DNA from: Octopus sinensis
Taxonomy: Eukaryota
NCBI RefSeq assembly: GCF_006345805.1
Contig: NC_043024.1
Span: forward strand, 9,672,001-9,736,000
Length of the DNA: 64,000 bases
Direction of reading: 5' to 3'
Each line of letters starts with the position of its first letter. Position 1 is the stretch's first letter. Made by a program: the position numbers and the translations under genes. This document shows positions 38,860 through 52,057 of the stretch, piece by piece. The notes under the pieces are model-generated. The model ran no database searches, was not told the DNA's origin, and worked only from the letters and a program-made list of their open reading frames with translations.

Positions 38860-41800
38860 TTTTTACAGCTGGATGCCCTTCCAAATGCCAACCACTTCAC
38901 AGTGTGGACTGGATGCTTTTTACGTGGCACAAGCACAGGTGAGGTCACTTTTGGCCAGGTTTTTACAGCTGGATGCCCATCCTAACACCAACCACCCTGC
39001 AGAGTGGACAGAGTGCTTTTTACATGGCACAAGCACAGGTGAGGTCAGTTTTGGCAAGGTTTTTACAGCTGGATGCCCTTCCATATGCCAACCACTTCAC
39101 AGTGTGGACTGGATGCTTTTTACATGGCACAAGCACAGGTGAGGTCAGTTTTGGCAAGGTTTTTACAGCTGGATGCCCTTCCATATGCCAACCACTTCAC
39201 AGTGTGGACTGGATGCTTTTTACATGGCACAAGCACAGGTGAGGTCAGTTTGGCAAGGTTTTTACAGCTGGATGCCCTTCCAAATGCCAACCACTTCACA
39301 GTGTGGACTGGATGCTTTTTACATGGCACAAGCACAGGTGAGGTCAGTTTTGGCAAGGTTTTTACAGCTGGATGCCCTTCCATATGCCAACCACTTCACA
39401 GTGTGGACTGGATGCTTTTTACATGGCACAAGCACAGGTGAGGTCAGTTTTGGCAAGGTTTTTACAGCTGGATGCCCTTCCAAATGCCAACCACTTCACA
39501 GTGTGGACTGGATGCTTTTTACATGGCACAAGCACAGGTGAGGTCAGTTTTGGCAAGGTTTTTACAGCTGGATGCCCTTCCAAATGCCAACCACTTCACA
39601 GTGTGGACTGGATGCTTTTTACATGGCACAAGCACAGGTGAGGTCAGTTTTGGCAAGGTTTTTACAGCTGGATGCCCTTCCATATGCCAACCACTTCACA
39701 GTGTGGACTGGATGCTTTTTACATGGCACAAGCACAGGTGAGGTCAGTTTGGCAAGGTTTTTACAGCTGGATGCCCTTCCAAATGCCAACCACTTCACAG
39801 TGTGGACTGGATGCTTTTTACATGGCACAAGCACAGGTGAGGTCAGTTTTGGCAAGGTTTTTACAGCTGGATGCCCTTCCAAATGCCAACCACTTCACAG
39901 TGTGGACTGGATGCTTTTTACATGGCACAAGCACAGGTGAGGTCAGTTTTGGCAAGGTTTTTACAGCTGGATGCCCTTCCATATGCCAACCACTTCAAAG
40001 TGTGGACTGGATGCTTTTTACATGGCACAAGCACAGGTGAGGTCAGTTTTGGCAAGGTTTTTACAGCTGGATGCCCTTCCATATGCCAACCACTTCACAG
40101 TGTGGACTGGATGCTTTTTACATGGCACAAGCACAGGTGAGGTCAGTTTTGGCAAGGTTTTTACAGCTGGATGCCCTTCCAAATGCCAACCACTTCACAG
40201 TGTGGACTGGATGCTTTTTACATGGCACAAGCACAGGTGAGGTCAGTTTTGGCAAGGTTTTTACAGCTGGATGCCCTTCCATATGCCAACCACTTCACAG
40301 TGTGGACTGGATGCTTTTTACATGGCACAAGCACAGGTGAGGGGTCAGTTTTGGCAAGGTTTTACAGCTGGATGCCCTTCCATATGCCAACCACTTCACA
40401 GTGTGGACTGGATGTTTTTACATGGCACAAGCACAGGTGAGGTCAGTTTTGGCAAGGTTTTTACAGCTGGATGCCCTTCCATATGCCAACCACTCACAGT
40501 GTGGATGGATGCTTTTTACATGGCACAAGCACAGGTGAGGTCAGTTTTGGCAAGGTTTTTACAGCTGGATGCCCTCCATATGCCAACCACTTCACAGTGT
40601 GTGACTGGATGCTTTTTACATGGCACAAGCACAGGTGAGGTCAGTTTTGGCAAGGTTTTTACAGCTGGATGCCCTTCCATATGCCAACCACTTCACAGTG
40701 TGGACTGGATGCTTTTTACATGGCACAAGCACAGGTGAGGTCAGTTTTGGCAAGGTTTTTACAGCTGGATGCCCTTCCATATGCCAACCACTTCACAGTG
40801 TGGACTGGATGCTTTTTACATGGCACAAGCACAGGTGAGGTCAGTTTTGGCAAGGTTTTTACAGCTGGATGCCCTTCCATATGCCAACCACTTCACAGTG
40901 TGGACTGGATGCTTTTTACATGGCACAAGCACAGGTGAGGTCAGTTTTGGCAAGGTTTTTACAGCTGGATGCCCTTCCATATGCCAACCACTTCACAGTG
41001 TGGACTGGATGCTTTTTACATGGCACAAGCACAGGTGAGGTCAGTTTTGGCAAGGTTTTTACAGCTGGATGCCCTTCCATTATGCCAACCACTTTACAGT
41101 GTGGACTGGATGCTTTTTACATGGCGCACAAGCACAGGTTGTCAGTTTTGGCAGGTTTTTTACAGCTGGATGCCCTTCCAAATGCCAACCACTTCACAGT
41201 GTGGACTGGATGCTTTTTACATGGCACAAGCACAGGTGAGGTCAGTTTTGGCAAGGTTTTTACAGCTGGATGCCCTTCCAAATGCCAACCACTTCACAGT
41301 GTGGACTGGATGCTTTTTACATGGCACAAGCACAGGTGAGGTCAGTTTTGGCAAGGTTTTTACAGCTGGATGCCCTTCCAAATGCCAACCACTTTACAGT
41401 GTGGACTGGATGCTTTTTACGTGGCACAGCACACGGTGAGGTCAGTTTTGGCAGGGTTTTTACAGCTGGATGACTTTCCAAATGCCAACCACTTTACAGT
41501 TGGACTGGACTGGATGCTTTTTACATGGCACAAGCACAGGTGAGGTCAGTTTTGGCAGGTTTTTTACAGCTGGATGCCCTTCCAAATGCCAACCACTTTA
41601 CAGTGTGGACTGGATGCTTTTTACGTGGCACAAGCACAGGTGAGGTCAGTTTTGGCAGGGTTTTTACAGCTGGATGACTTTCCAAATGCCAACCACTTTA
41701 CAGTGTGGACTGGATGCTTTTTACATGGCACAAGCACAGGTGAGGTCAGTTTTGGCAAGGTTTTTACAGCTGGATGCCCTTCCAAATGCCAACCACTTTA

Positions 41801-43320
41801 CAGTGTGGACTGGATGCTTTTTACTGGCACAAGCACAGGTGAGGTCAGTTTTGGCAAGTTTTTACAGCTGGATGCCCTTCAAAATGCCACCCACTTTACA
41901 GTGTGGACTGGATGCGTTTTTTACATGACACAAGCACAGGTGAGGTCAGTTTTGGCAAGGTTTTTACAGCTGGATGCCCTTCAAAATGCCAACCACTTAC
42001 AGTGTGGACTGGATGCTTTTTACATGGCACAAGCACAGGTGAGGTCAGTTTTGGCAAGGTTTTTACAGCTGGATGCCCTTCAAAATGCCAACCACTTTAC
42101 AGTGTGGACTGGATGCTTTTTACATGGCACAAGCACAGGTGAGGTCAGTTTTGGCAGGGTTTTTACAGCTGGATGCCCTTCCAAATGCCAACCACTTCAC
42201 AGTGTGGACTGGATGCTTTTTACATGGCACAAGCACAGGTGAGGTCAGTTTTGGCAGGGTTTTTACAGCTGGATGACTTTCCAAATGCCAACCACTTCAC
42301 AGTGTGGACTGGATGCTTTTTACATGGCACAAGCACAGGTGAGGTCAGTTTTGGCAAGGTTTTTACAGCTGGATGCCCTTCCAAATGCCAACCACTTTAC
42401 AGTGTGGACTGGATGCTTTTTACATGGCACAAGCACAGGTGAGGTCAGTTTTGGCAAGGTTTTTACAGCTGGATGCCCTTCAAAATGCCAACCACTTTAC
42501 AGTGTGGACTGGATGCTTTTTACATGACACAAGCACAGGTGAGGTCAGTTTTGGCAAGGTTTTTACAGCTGGATGCCCTTCCAAATGCCAACCACTTTAC
42601 AGTGTGGACTGGATGCTTTTTACATGGCACAAGCACAGGTGAGGTCAGTTTTGGCAAGGTTTTTACAGCTGGATGCCCTTCAAAATGCCAACCACTTTAC
42701 AGTGTGGACTGGATGCTTTTTACATGGCACAAGCACAGGTGAGGTCAGTTTTGGCAGGGTTTTTACAGCTGGATGCCCTTCCAAATGCCAACCACTTCAC
42801 AGTGTGGACTGGATGCTTTTTACATGGCACAAGCACAGGTGAGGTCAGTTTTGGCAGGGTTTTTACAGCTGGATGACTTTCCAAATGCCAACCACTTCAC
42901 AATGTTGACTGGATGCTTTTTACATGGCACAAGCACAGGTGAGGTCAGCTTTGGCAAGGTTTTTACAGCTGGATGCCCTTCCAAATGCCAACCACTTTAC
43001 AGTGTGGACTGGATGCTTTTTACATGACAAGCACAGGTGAGGTCAGTTTTGGCAGGGTTTTTACAGCTGGATGACTTTCCAAATGCCAACCACTTCACAG
43101 TGTGGACTGGATGCTTTTTACATGGCACAAGCACAGGTGAGGTCAGTTTTGGCAGGGTTTTTACAGCTGGATGACTTTCCAAATGCCAACCACTTCACAA
43201 TGTTGACTGGATGCTTTTTACATGGCACAAGCACAGGTGAGGTCAGTTTTGGCAAGGTTTTTACAGCTGGATGACTTTCCAAATGCCAACCACTTCACAA
43301 TGTGGATTGGATGCTTTTCA
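38860..43320 (-). repeat. 100-bp satellite (~44 units, ~4.5 kb) derived from a family C SINE segment
   Basis: ORF-track starts recur every 100 bp. The unit contains ttttacagctggatgcccttcca.atgccaaccac, the family C motif. The SINE tail (catcatcgtcgtttaac) is at about 38640-38670. Confidence 0.96.
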
Positions 43321-43863
43321 TGTGGCTCCAGCACTGGCAAAGTCACCAAGTGGCTTGCAAGAAAGAGATTGTTATATTTGGTTATTACATTTATTTTTCG
43401 CTTGTAATCAAGGCTTGGACAAATATATCATTCAGGGATTGTTTTATTGCATCATCATCATCGTTTTCCATGCTAGCATCGGTTGGACAGTTCAACCAGG
43501 GTCTGGGAAGCGAGGAGGCTGCACCAGGCTCCAGTCTGATCCGGCAGTGTTTCTACAGCTGGATGCCCTTCCTAACGCCAACCACTCTGTGAGTGTAGTG
43601 GGTGCATTTTACTTGCCACCGTCACAGGTACCAGGGGAGGCTGGCAACGGCCATGATCGGTTGGTGCTTTTTACATGCCACCGGCACAGGTATCACAACT
43701 ACAATTTCCATTTGATTTTCTTTGATGATGTACTTGACTTGATAAGTCTCCTCAAGCACAGCAGGTCACCCTACAATCCAAGGTGAGCACAGCATACCAT
43801 GGATCGTAGGTATGAAATTCAATGCAACCTTGTAATTCAGTCTTTTTCTTCTCTTCTTATCAG

Positions 43864-43920
43864 GATGAAAAATTTGATTCCACCAAACACAATGCAATTG
43901 AATGTCTAAATAATGCCAAG
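43864..43920 (+). CDS. CCDC93: CCDC93 exon 6 (DEKFDSTKHNAIECLNNAK)
   Basis: Polypyrimidine tract plus atcag| acceptor, AAG|gtaagt donor, 57 nt, phase 0/0. Collinear with vertebrate DDDFIKRKEKAIKTVVDLS. Confidence 0.85.
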
Positions 43921-44163
43921 GTAAGTTCTCAAGACAAAAAATTCTATCCATATTTCATCTAATATCGCAAAAACATTTCTAGGTCCTCACTATGGCCTTC
44001 TGCCTCATGGTCAACCAACCTCTTGTTATATGTCATCATTGCTATCATCGTTATAATTATTGCTATCATCGTCATCATCTTTGTCATCATATTCATCATC
44101 ATTACTGTCATCATCATCTTCATTTTCATTACCTTTGTCATCATCATCGCCATCATCATTTAA

Positions 44164-44548
44164 CCCTTTCGTTACCAACCCGGCTGAAACTGGCTCTGGC
44201 TCTGAGTACAAATGTCTTCTTTTCATAAGTATCAAATTAAAATCTTTCACCAAACCTTAGTCACAATTTATGTTCCTAACACTAGCTGAATGATAAGTTA
44301 TTTTACTAAATTCTTTGTTATTTTTAACCCTTTTGATACCAACCCGACTGAAACAGCCTTTGGGTCTCCAATACAAATGTCTTGTTTCCATAAGTTTTAA
44401 ATTAAAATCCTCCATCAAACCTTAGTCACAATTTATGTTCCTTACACTAGCTTAATGATAACTAAGTTATTTTACTAAATTCTTTGTTATATTTAAAGTA
44501 ATTGAAAGAAATACAGAGCATCTCAAAATAAATACAGTAATGAAAGGG
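44164..44548. mobile_element. piggyBac-like MITE with internal duplication
   Basis: TTAA|CCCTTTCGTTAC ... GTAATGAAAGGG|TTAA, with a second internal start at about 44326. Confidence 0.7.
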
Positions 44549-44977
44549 TTAATGCCCCTGTTCCATACTCTCATGGGTTGGACTTTTGACAGGGTCCAGT
44601 GGATTCGAGGACTGCCTCATGACATGATTTTTACAGATTGATGCCCTCCCTAATGCCAACCACTTTACAGAGTGGACTGGGTGCTTTTTACGTGGTACCA
44701 AACCCGGTTCTTTTCACATGGCATCAGCATTGGTACCTTTTATGTGGCTCCAACACCAACAGGGTCACCATGTACCTTGCAAGACAAAGCAAATGAGTAC
44801 CAAGTGAATCACAGCACTAAATACTAATCCATATTGGCACCAATCTAAAGGATTCTATCCATTTTTCTTGGAAACTTAGAGCTTTGGTTTGTCTTAGAAG
44901 TCAATAAAAGATTCCCTTCTTGGAGATTTTCTTTTAATTTTCTTATTGTTATTTTCTTTCTTTTTTTTATATTCTAG

Positions 44978-45075
44978 CACAGTTACAGACCACAAAGACG
45001 GTATCGGCGTCGAGATGCTGACAAACTGACTGATGAAGAAACTCGTGTGATATCAACCCTGCTTGAGTTTGGATG
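44978..45075 (+). CDS. CCDC93: CCDC93 exon 7 (HSYRPQRRYRRRDADKLTDEETRVISTLLEFG)
   Basis: ttctag| acceptor, TG|gtattt donor (phase 2), 98 nt. Matches YKPRRKYKR...DEESRIHATLLEYG. Confidence 0.92.
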
Positions 45076-45528
45076 GTATTTTATGATTCTATAATAAATT
45101 ATTATTTAAGGTGGTGAGCTGGCGGAATCATTAGCATGCCAGGCAAAATGCTTTGCAACATCTCATCTGTCTTTATGTCCTGAGTTCAAATTCCACCAAG
45201 GTGGACTTTGCCCTTCATCCTTTCAGGGTCAATAAAATAAGTACCAGTTGCGTACTGGGGTCAATGTAATTGACTTGCCCTCTACCCCAAAATTTCAAGC
45301 CTTGTGCCTATAGCAGAAAAGATTATTATTGTTATTATTATTATTATTATTATTATCATTATAGGCACAGGAGTGGCTGTGTAGTAAGTAGCTTGTTTAC
45401 CGACCACATGGTTCCGGGTTCAGTCCCACTGCGTGGCACCTTGGGCAATTGTCTTCTACTATAGCCTCGGGCGAACCAAAACCTTGTGAGTGGATTTGGT
45501 AGACGGAAACTGAAAGAAGCCCATCATA

Positions 45529-45579
<51 letters not shown>

Positions 45580-46432
45580 CTGTGTTTGTCCCCCTAGCAT
45601 TGCTTGACAACTGATGCTGGTGTTTTTATGTCCCCGTTACCTAGCGGTTCGGCAAAAGAGACCGATAGAATAAGTACTGGGCTTACAAAAAGAATAAGTC
45701 CCGGGGTCGAGTTGCTCGACTAAAGGCAGTGCTCCAGCATGGCCGCAGTCAAATGACTGAAACAAGTAAAAGAGTAAAGAGAGAGTATTATCATTATTAT
45801 TATTAAGGTGGTAAACTGGCAAAATTGTTAGCATGCCGGTTAAAATGCTTGGCAGCATTTCAACCGTCTTTACATTCTGAGTTCAAATTCTGCTGAGGTC
45901 GACTTTGCCTTTCATCCATTTAGGGTCAATAAATTAAGTACCAGCTGAGTATTGGAGTCGATGTCATTGACTGTACCCCTCCACCAAAACTTTAGGCCCT
46001 GTGCCTATAACAGAAACACTTATTAATAGTAGTAGTGGTAGTAGTAGTAGTTGTAGTAGTAGTAGTTGTTGTAGTAGTATTAGTAGTTGTAGTAGTAGTA
46101 GTTGTGGTAGTTGTAGTAGTAGTGGTGGTAGTAGTAGTAGTAATTGTAGTAGTAGTAGTGGTAGTAGTAGTAGTTGTAGTAGTAGTAGTAGTAGTAGTAT
46201 TAAGGTGGTGAGCTAGCAGAATTGTTAGTGCGCTGGACGAAATGCTTAGGGGTATTTCACCCGTCTCTACATTCTGAGTTCAAATTCCACCGAGGCCGAC
46301 TTTACGTTTCATTATTAGAGAGAGAGAGAGAGAGAGAGAGAAATAAGTTCTGTATAACTTACCTTTGTCTTTATTCATATATTTTATTTTACCTTGTTTT
46401 TGTGATGTCAAACTTTGTTTTATTGTTTTCAG

Positions 46433-46463
46433 GAATTATGGACTCCAGAACCGATGGAATGAG
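46433..46463 (+). CDS. CCDC93: CCDC93 exon 8 (W-NYGLQNRWNE)
   Basis: ttttcag| acceptor, GAG|gtaggt donor, 31 nt, phase 2/0, restoring the frame. Collinear with vertebrate RRYGFSRQSKME. Confidence 0.8.
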
Positions 46464-46675
46464 GTAGGTAGATTATAATAATAATAATAATAATAATAAT
46501 AGTAATAATGATAATAATGATAATAATAATAATAATAATAATAATGATGATAATAATAATGATATTGCCCTGATGCAGTATCAGGTACTGATTGTTATTA
46601 TGTACATTGTTTTGTCTTGGTATAAAAAGATGGGCTACAGCCAATGTTCTGCTCAATACCACAGATTTGCTATAA

Positions 46676-46895
46676 CCTTTTCATTACTAACCCGGCTGAA
46701 ACTGGCTCTGGTTCTGAGTACAAATGTCTTGTTTTCATAAGTTTTGAATTAGAATCTTCCACCAAACCTTAGTCACAATTTATGTCCCTAACACTAGCTT
46801 AATGATAACAACGTTCTTTTACTAAATTCTATGTTATATTTAAAGTAATTGAAAGAAACACTGAGCATCTCAAAATAAATACAGTAACGAAAAGG
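46676..46895. mobile_element. piggyBac-like MITE, second copy (220 bp)
   Basis: CCTTTTCATTAC ... GTAACGAAAAGG|TTAA, with internal sequence matching 44164-44548. Confidence 0.65.
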
Positions 46896-46896
46896 T

Positions 46897-47320
46897 TAAT
46901 GCCCTGATGCAGTACTAGGCAGTGGTTCTCGTGGCTTCTGGTCTTAAATGATTGGAAGTGTTATCAAGTACATTGCTTTGTCTTGGTATAAAAGATGGGC
47001 TACAGCAAATATTCTGCTCAATACCACAGATTTACTTTAATGCCCTGATGCAGTACCAGGCAGTGGCTCTCATGGCTTCTGATCTTAATTGATTGGAAGT
47101 GTTATCATGTACATTGTTTTGTCTTGGTATAAAAGATGGGCTACAGCAAATATTCTGCTCAATACCACAGATTTGCTTTAATGCCCTGATGCAGTACCAG
47201 GCAGTGGCTCTCATGGCTTCTGATCTTAACTGATTGGAAGTGTTATCATGTACATTGTTTTGTCTTGGTATAAAAGATGGGCTACAGCAAATATTCTGCT
47301 CAATACCACAGATTTGCTTG
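46897..47320 (+). repeat. ~140-bp tandem repeat (3 units)
   Basis: ttaatgccctgatgcagtac...ctcaataccacagattt at about 46897, 47037 and 47178. Confidence 0.85.
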
Positions 47321-48322
47321 TCAGTTGTTTGGCCTTAACCAGTTGAACATGTCCCTTAGTGGCTGACAATATGTGCATCTCTGATCACGAGCAAAAGTAG
47401 TGGGAGAGCATCATAGCCATGTGTTGAGAGGGATTCTTTGGGGTTTGAATAATTCACCTCTGGAAACATGGGTGTTTCGTTCAACATCCTTAAACAACCC
47501 TTATTCAAGGACCTTTTGAGCAGGATGGGCTATCCATCCTGAAGAAAATTCTAACTGGGCCCCACCTGCAAGGTCATGTGCTATTTTATCTTGATATGAG
47601 ATCACCATGTTGCGCACATATGGTTGTGATGCATGTGCCTGGTGTACCCTTATCAGACCGGTAGTCATGATGAGTATACTGGGCTTCGTATATTTGTACC
47701 CTAGTGCCACTTTGACGGCATGCACTGCTCTCTCTCACTCAATAGTAATAATACTCTTTACTCTTTTACTTGTTTCAGTCATTTGACTGCAGCCATGCTG
47801 GAGCACCGCCTTTAGTCGAGCAATTCGACCCTGGGACTTATTCTTTGTAAGCCCAGTACTTATTCTATCGGTCTCTTTTGCTGAACCACTAAGTGACAAG
47901 GATGTAAACACACCAGCATCAGTTGTCAAGCAATGCTAGGGGGACAAACACAGACACACAAGCACACACACATGCACATATATACATATACATATATACG
48001 ACGGGCTTCTTTCAGTTTCCGTCTACCAAATCCACTCACAAGGCATTGGTCGGCCCGGGGCTATAGCAGAAGACACTTGCCCAAGATGCCACGCAGTGGG
48101 ACTGAACCCGGAACCATGTGGTTGGTAAGCAAGCTACTTACCACACAGCCACAGATTGGTGTAACTCTTCTCAAAAGTAAATAGACAATAAGGACACAAT
48201 GCAATTTTTAATTAATTGTTTACTGTAACACTGGAATATTGCATAAATTCCCCACCCCACCCGCTTCAATATTTGGCACCATATTCTTACCGTTTCATAC
48301 GATATCCCTTTATCCATTCCAG

Positions 48323-48415
48323 AGCACAGATAAAGCCCAGTCACCAGAATTGGAAAACCAGGAAACTATTGATGGCGATAAAGAAACAGATGAGGATCAA
48401 CAAAAACAAGATGAG
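48323..48415 (+). CDS. CCDC93: CCDC93 exon 9 (STDKAQSPELENQETIDGDKETDEDQQKQDE)
   Basis: ttccag| acceptor, GAG|gtgagt donor, 93 nt, phase 0/0. Acidic linker at the expected position. Confidence 0.82.
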
Positions 48416-48567
48416 GTGAGTAGATCTCTCTGCCTCTGTCTTCTATCTGCCTTTCTCTCTGACTCTATCAATCTCTCTATTTATCTATCAGTCTCTTTAT
48501 CTATCTATCTATCTTTCTGTCTGCCTGTCTTTCTATCTATCTATCTATCTGTCTGTCTGTCTATCTA

Positions 48568-48682
<115 letters not shown>

Positions 48683-48780
48683 TTCTATCTGTCTGTCTTT
48701 CTATCTGTCTGTCTGTCTGCCTATCTATCTATCTTTCTATCTATCTAGCTATCTACATCTTTCATTTTTATATTTTGTAG

Positions 48781-48831
48781 GAAAAAATCAACCTTCTTAT
48801 GCAGAGTATGTCAGCCATGACACCCAGCGAT
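48781..48831 (+). CDS. CCDC93: CCDC93 exon 10 (EKINLLMQSMSAMTPSD)
   Basis: ttttgtag| acceptor, GAT|gtaagt donor, 51 nt. Matches QRIQSLMTKMTAMANEE. Confidence 0.88.
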
Positions 48832-48934
48832 GTAAGTATAAGTCTGGATTATTATTATTATTATTATTATTATTATCATTATTAAGGTGACAAGCTGGCA
48901 GAATCGTTAGCATGCCAGGCAAAATGCTTAGCAG

Positions 48935-50930
48935 CATTTCATCCGTCTTTACATTCTGAGTTCAAATTCCGCCAAGGTCAACTTTGCCTTTCATCCTTTT
49001 GGGGTCGATTAAACAAGTACCAGTTACGCACTGGGGTCGATATAACCAACTTAATCCGTTTGTTTGTCCTCTCTGTGTTTAGCCCCTTGCGGGTAGTAAA
49101 GAAATAGGTATTTCGTTCATCTTTACATTTTGTGTTCAAATTCCGCCACGGTCAACTTTGCCTTTCATCCTTTTGGGGTCGATTAAACAAGTACCAGTTA
49201 CGCACTGGGGTCGATATAACCAACTTAATCCGTTTGTTTGTCCTCTCTGTGTTTAGCCCCTTGCGGGTAGTAAAGAAATAGGTATTTCGTTCATCTTTAC
49301 ATTTTGTGTTCAAATTCCGCCACGGTCAACTTTGCCTTTCATCCTTTTGGGGTCGATTAACAAGTACCAGTTCCACTGGGGTCGATATAACCAACTTAAT
49401 CCGTTTGTTTGTCCTCTCTTGTTTTTAGCCCCTTGCGGGTAGTAAAGAAATAGGTATTTCGTTCATCTTTACATTTTGTGTTCAAATTCCGCCACCGGTC
49501 AACTTTGCCTTTCATCCTTTTGGGGTCGATTAAACAAGTACCAGTTACGCACTGGGGTCGATATAACCAACTTATCCGTTTGTTTGTCCTCTCTGTGTTT
49601 AGCCCCTTGCGGGTAGTAAAAAATAGGTATTTCGTTCATCTTTACATTCTGAGTTCAAATTCCGCCAAGGTCAACTTTGCCTTTCATCCTTTTGGGGTCG
49701 ATAAACAAGTACCAGTTACGCACTGGGGTCGATATAACCAACTTAATAATCCGTTGTTTGTCCTCTCTGTGTTTAGCCCCTTGCGGGTAGTAAAGAAATA
49801 GGTATTTCGTTCATCTTTACATTCTGAGTTCAAATTCCGCCAAGGTCAACTTTGCCTTTCATCCTTTTGGGGTCGATTAAACAAGTACCAGTTACGCACT
49901 GGGGTCGATAATAACCAACTTAATCCGTTTGTTTGTCCTCTCTGTGTTTAGCCCCTTGCGGGTAGTAAAGAAATAGGTATTTCGTTCATCTTTACATTTT
50001 GTGTTCAAATTCCGCCACGGTCAACTTTGCCTTTCATCCTTTTGGGGTCGATTAAACAAGTACCAGTTACGCACTGGGGTCGATATAACCAACTTAATCC
50101 GTTTGTTTGTCCTCTCTGTGTTTAGCCCCTTGCGGGTAGTAAGAAATAGGTATTTCGTTCATCTTTACGTTTTGTGTCAAATTCCGAATTCCGCCACGGT
50201 CAACTTTGCCTTTCATCCTTTTGGGGTCGATTAAACAAGTACCAGTTACGCACTGGGGTCGATATAACCAACTTAATCCGTTTGTTTGTCCTCTCTCGTG
50301 TTTAGCCCCTTGCGGTAGTAAAGAAATAGGTATTTCGTTCATCTTTACATTTTGTGTTCAAATTCCGCCACGGTCAACTTTGCCTTTCATCCTTTTGGGG
50401 TCGATTAAACAAGTACCAGTTACGCACTGGGGTCGATATAACCAACTTAATCCGTTTGTTTGTCCTCTCTGTGTTTAGCCCCTTGCGGGTAGTAAAGAAA
50501 TAGGTATTTCGTTCATCTTTACATTTTGTGTTCAAATTCCGCCACGGTCAACTTTGCCTTTCATCCTTTTGGGGTCGATTAAACAAGTACCAGTTACGCA
50601 CTGGGGTCGATATAACCAACTTAATCCGTTTGTTTGTCCTCTCTGTGTTTAGCCCCTTGCGGGTAGTAAAGAAATAGGTATTTCGTTCATCTTTACATTC
50701 TGAGTTCAAATTCCGCCACGGTCAACTTTGCCTTTCATCCTTTTGGGGTCGATTAAACAAGTACCAGTTACGCACTGGGGTCGATATAACCAACTTAATC
50801 CGTTTGTTTGTCCTCTCTGTGTTTAGCCCCTTGCGGGTAGTAAAGAAATAGGTATTTCGTTCATCTTTACATTTTGTGTTCAAATTCCGCCACGGTCAAC
50901 TTTGCCTTTCATCCTTTCGAGGTTAATGAA
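48935..50930 (+). repeat. 174-bp tandem array (~11 units) of the family B SINE body
   Basis: gtatttcgttcatc recurs at 49108, 49282 and onward. The array is preceded by a SINE head at about 48885. Confidence 0.93.
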
Positions 50931-51888
50931 ATAAGTAACTGTTGTTAACTGGGGTCGATGTAACTGACTTACCCCCCCCCCCCCCACCCGAATTTGCTGG
51001 CCTTGTGCCAAAATTTGAAACCACTATCTAAAGGCAGTGAGCTGGCAGAATCGTTAGCATGCAGGGCGAAATGCTAAGTGGCATTTCGTCCGTCTTTACG
51101 TTCTGAGTTCAAATTCCACCAAGGTTGACTTTGCCGTTCATCCTTTCGGGGTCAATAAAATTGATACCAGTTGAGTGTTGGGATGGATGTAATCGACTGT
51201 CCTGCTCTTTTTACTGTGTGTGTCCCCCCCACATCGCTTGACAACTGATGGTGGTGTGTTACGTACCCGTAACTTAGCGGTTCAGCAAAAAGAGACTGAT
51301 AGAATAAGTACTGGCTTCCAAAGAATAAGTCCTGGGGTCGATTTGCTCGACTAAAAGGTGGTGCTCCAGCATGGCCACAGTCAAATGACTGAAACAAGTA
51401 AAAGAGTTACTTGTTGCGGTCATTTGATGGAAGATATGCTAATACGAAAACCTAAATCCATTGGTCATTTTAGTTTCAAAATCTCCTTTGACCCTTCAAC
51501 ATTTAGATTGCTCTGTCAAATGTTACGCTTATATATTCACATTGTTTTATAGCTTTCAGATTTCAGTGATGTGATTACTTATTTTCAGAATGACATTGTT
51601 GGGTAAGTGTGAAAGGCTGGATCTGGCTGGCTTGAACATAAAACTGGTAGAATATTTTGGCTGGATATGACTGGCTTAAATGCTAAAGAGTTAAAGTCCC
51701 AGAATTCAGTACCATAGACATATATTTTTTTGGTGTACAATTCAAAATTTTCAGACAAAAATATACAGCCAAAAACGGACTTTGGAAAACTAAAATTTCT
51801 ATGTAAAATGCCGCTGGTTTTGAAAAGATAGTGGCAATTATTTGATGTTTACACTATATATTATGTCAACTTGTGTGCTAGAAAATAT

Positions 51889-52057
51889 CTTCTTGTTCTT
51901 GAGACAGCATTCACCTGGGGTGGGTTGAGCTGGCTTCATTCATCCTCAATGATGCTTCTCTCACAAACGCCGACCAGACCTGGTGATTTGAGGCTAACGA
52001 CCGTGTGATCTCCAACCACTCCTTATTCCAGCAGCGAACGCCATAGATAGGGGGGTC
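51889..52057 (-). mobile_element. 5'-truncated RTE-like LINE insertion (169 bp) with 11-bp TSD
   Basis: TSD ctagaaaatat at 51878-51888 and 52058-52068. Minus-strand translation DPPIYGVRCWNKEWLEITRSLASNHQVWSAFVRE...* is followed by a caagaa-repeat tail. Confidence 0.75.

Noticed and set aside
38692-43407. Dozens of overlapping 89-222 aa ORFs
   Set aside because: Produced by a 100-bp repeat cycling through frames; they lie within CCDC93 intron 5.
44975-44982. Tandem acceptors tagCACAG (exon 7) and cagAGCACAG (exon 9, 48320-48329)
   Set aside because: The distal AGs would shift the frame by 5 or 7 nt, and there is no evidence they are used.
49360-50340. Scattered 1-3 nt indels in array units (also 40.3-41.9 kb)
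   Set aside because: They cluster regionally and often at homopolymers, consistent with long-read consensus error, so they were not used as biological variants.
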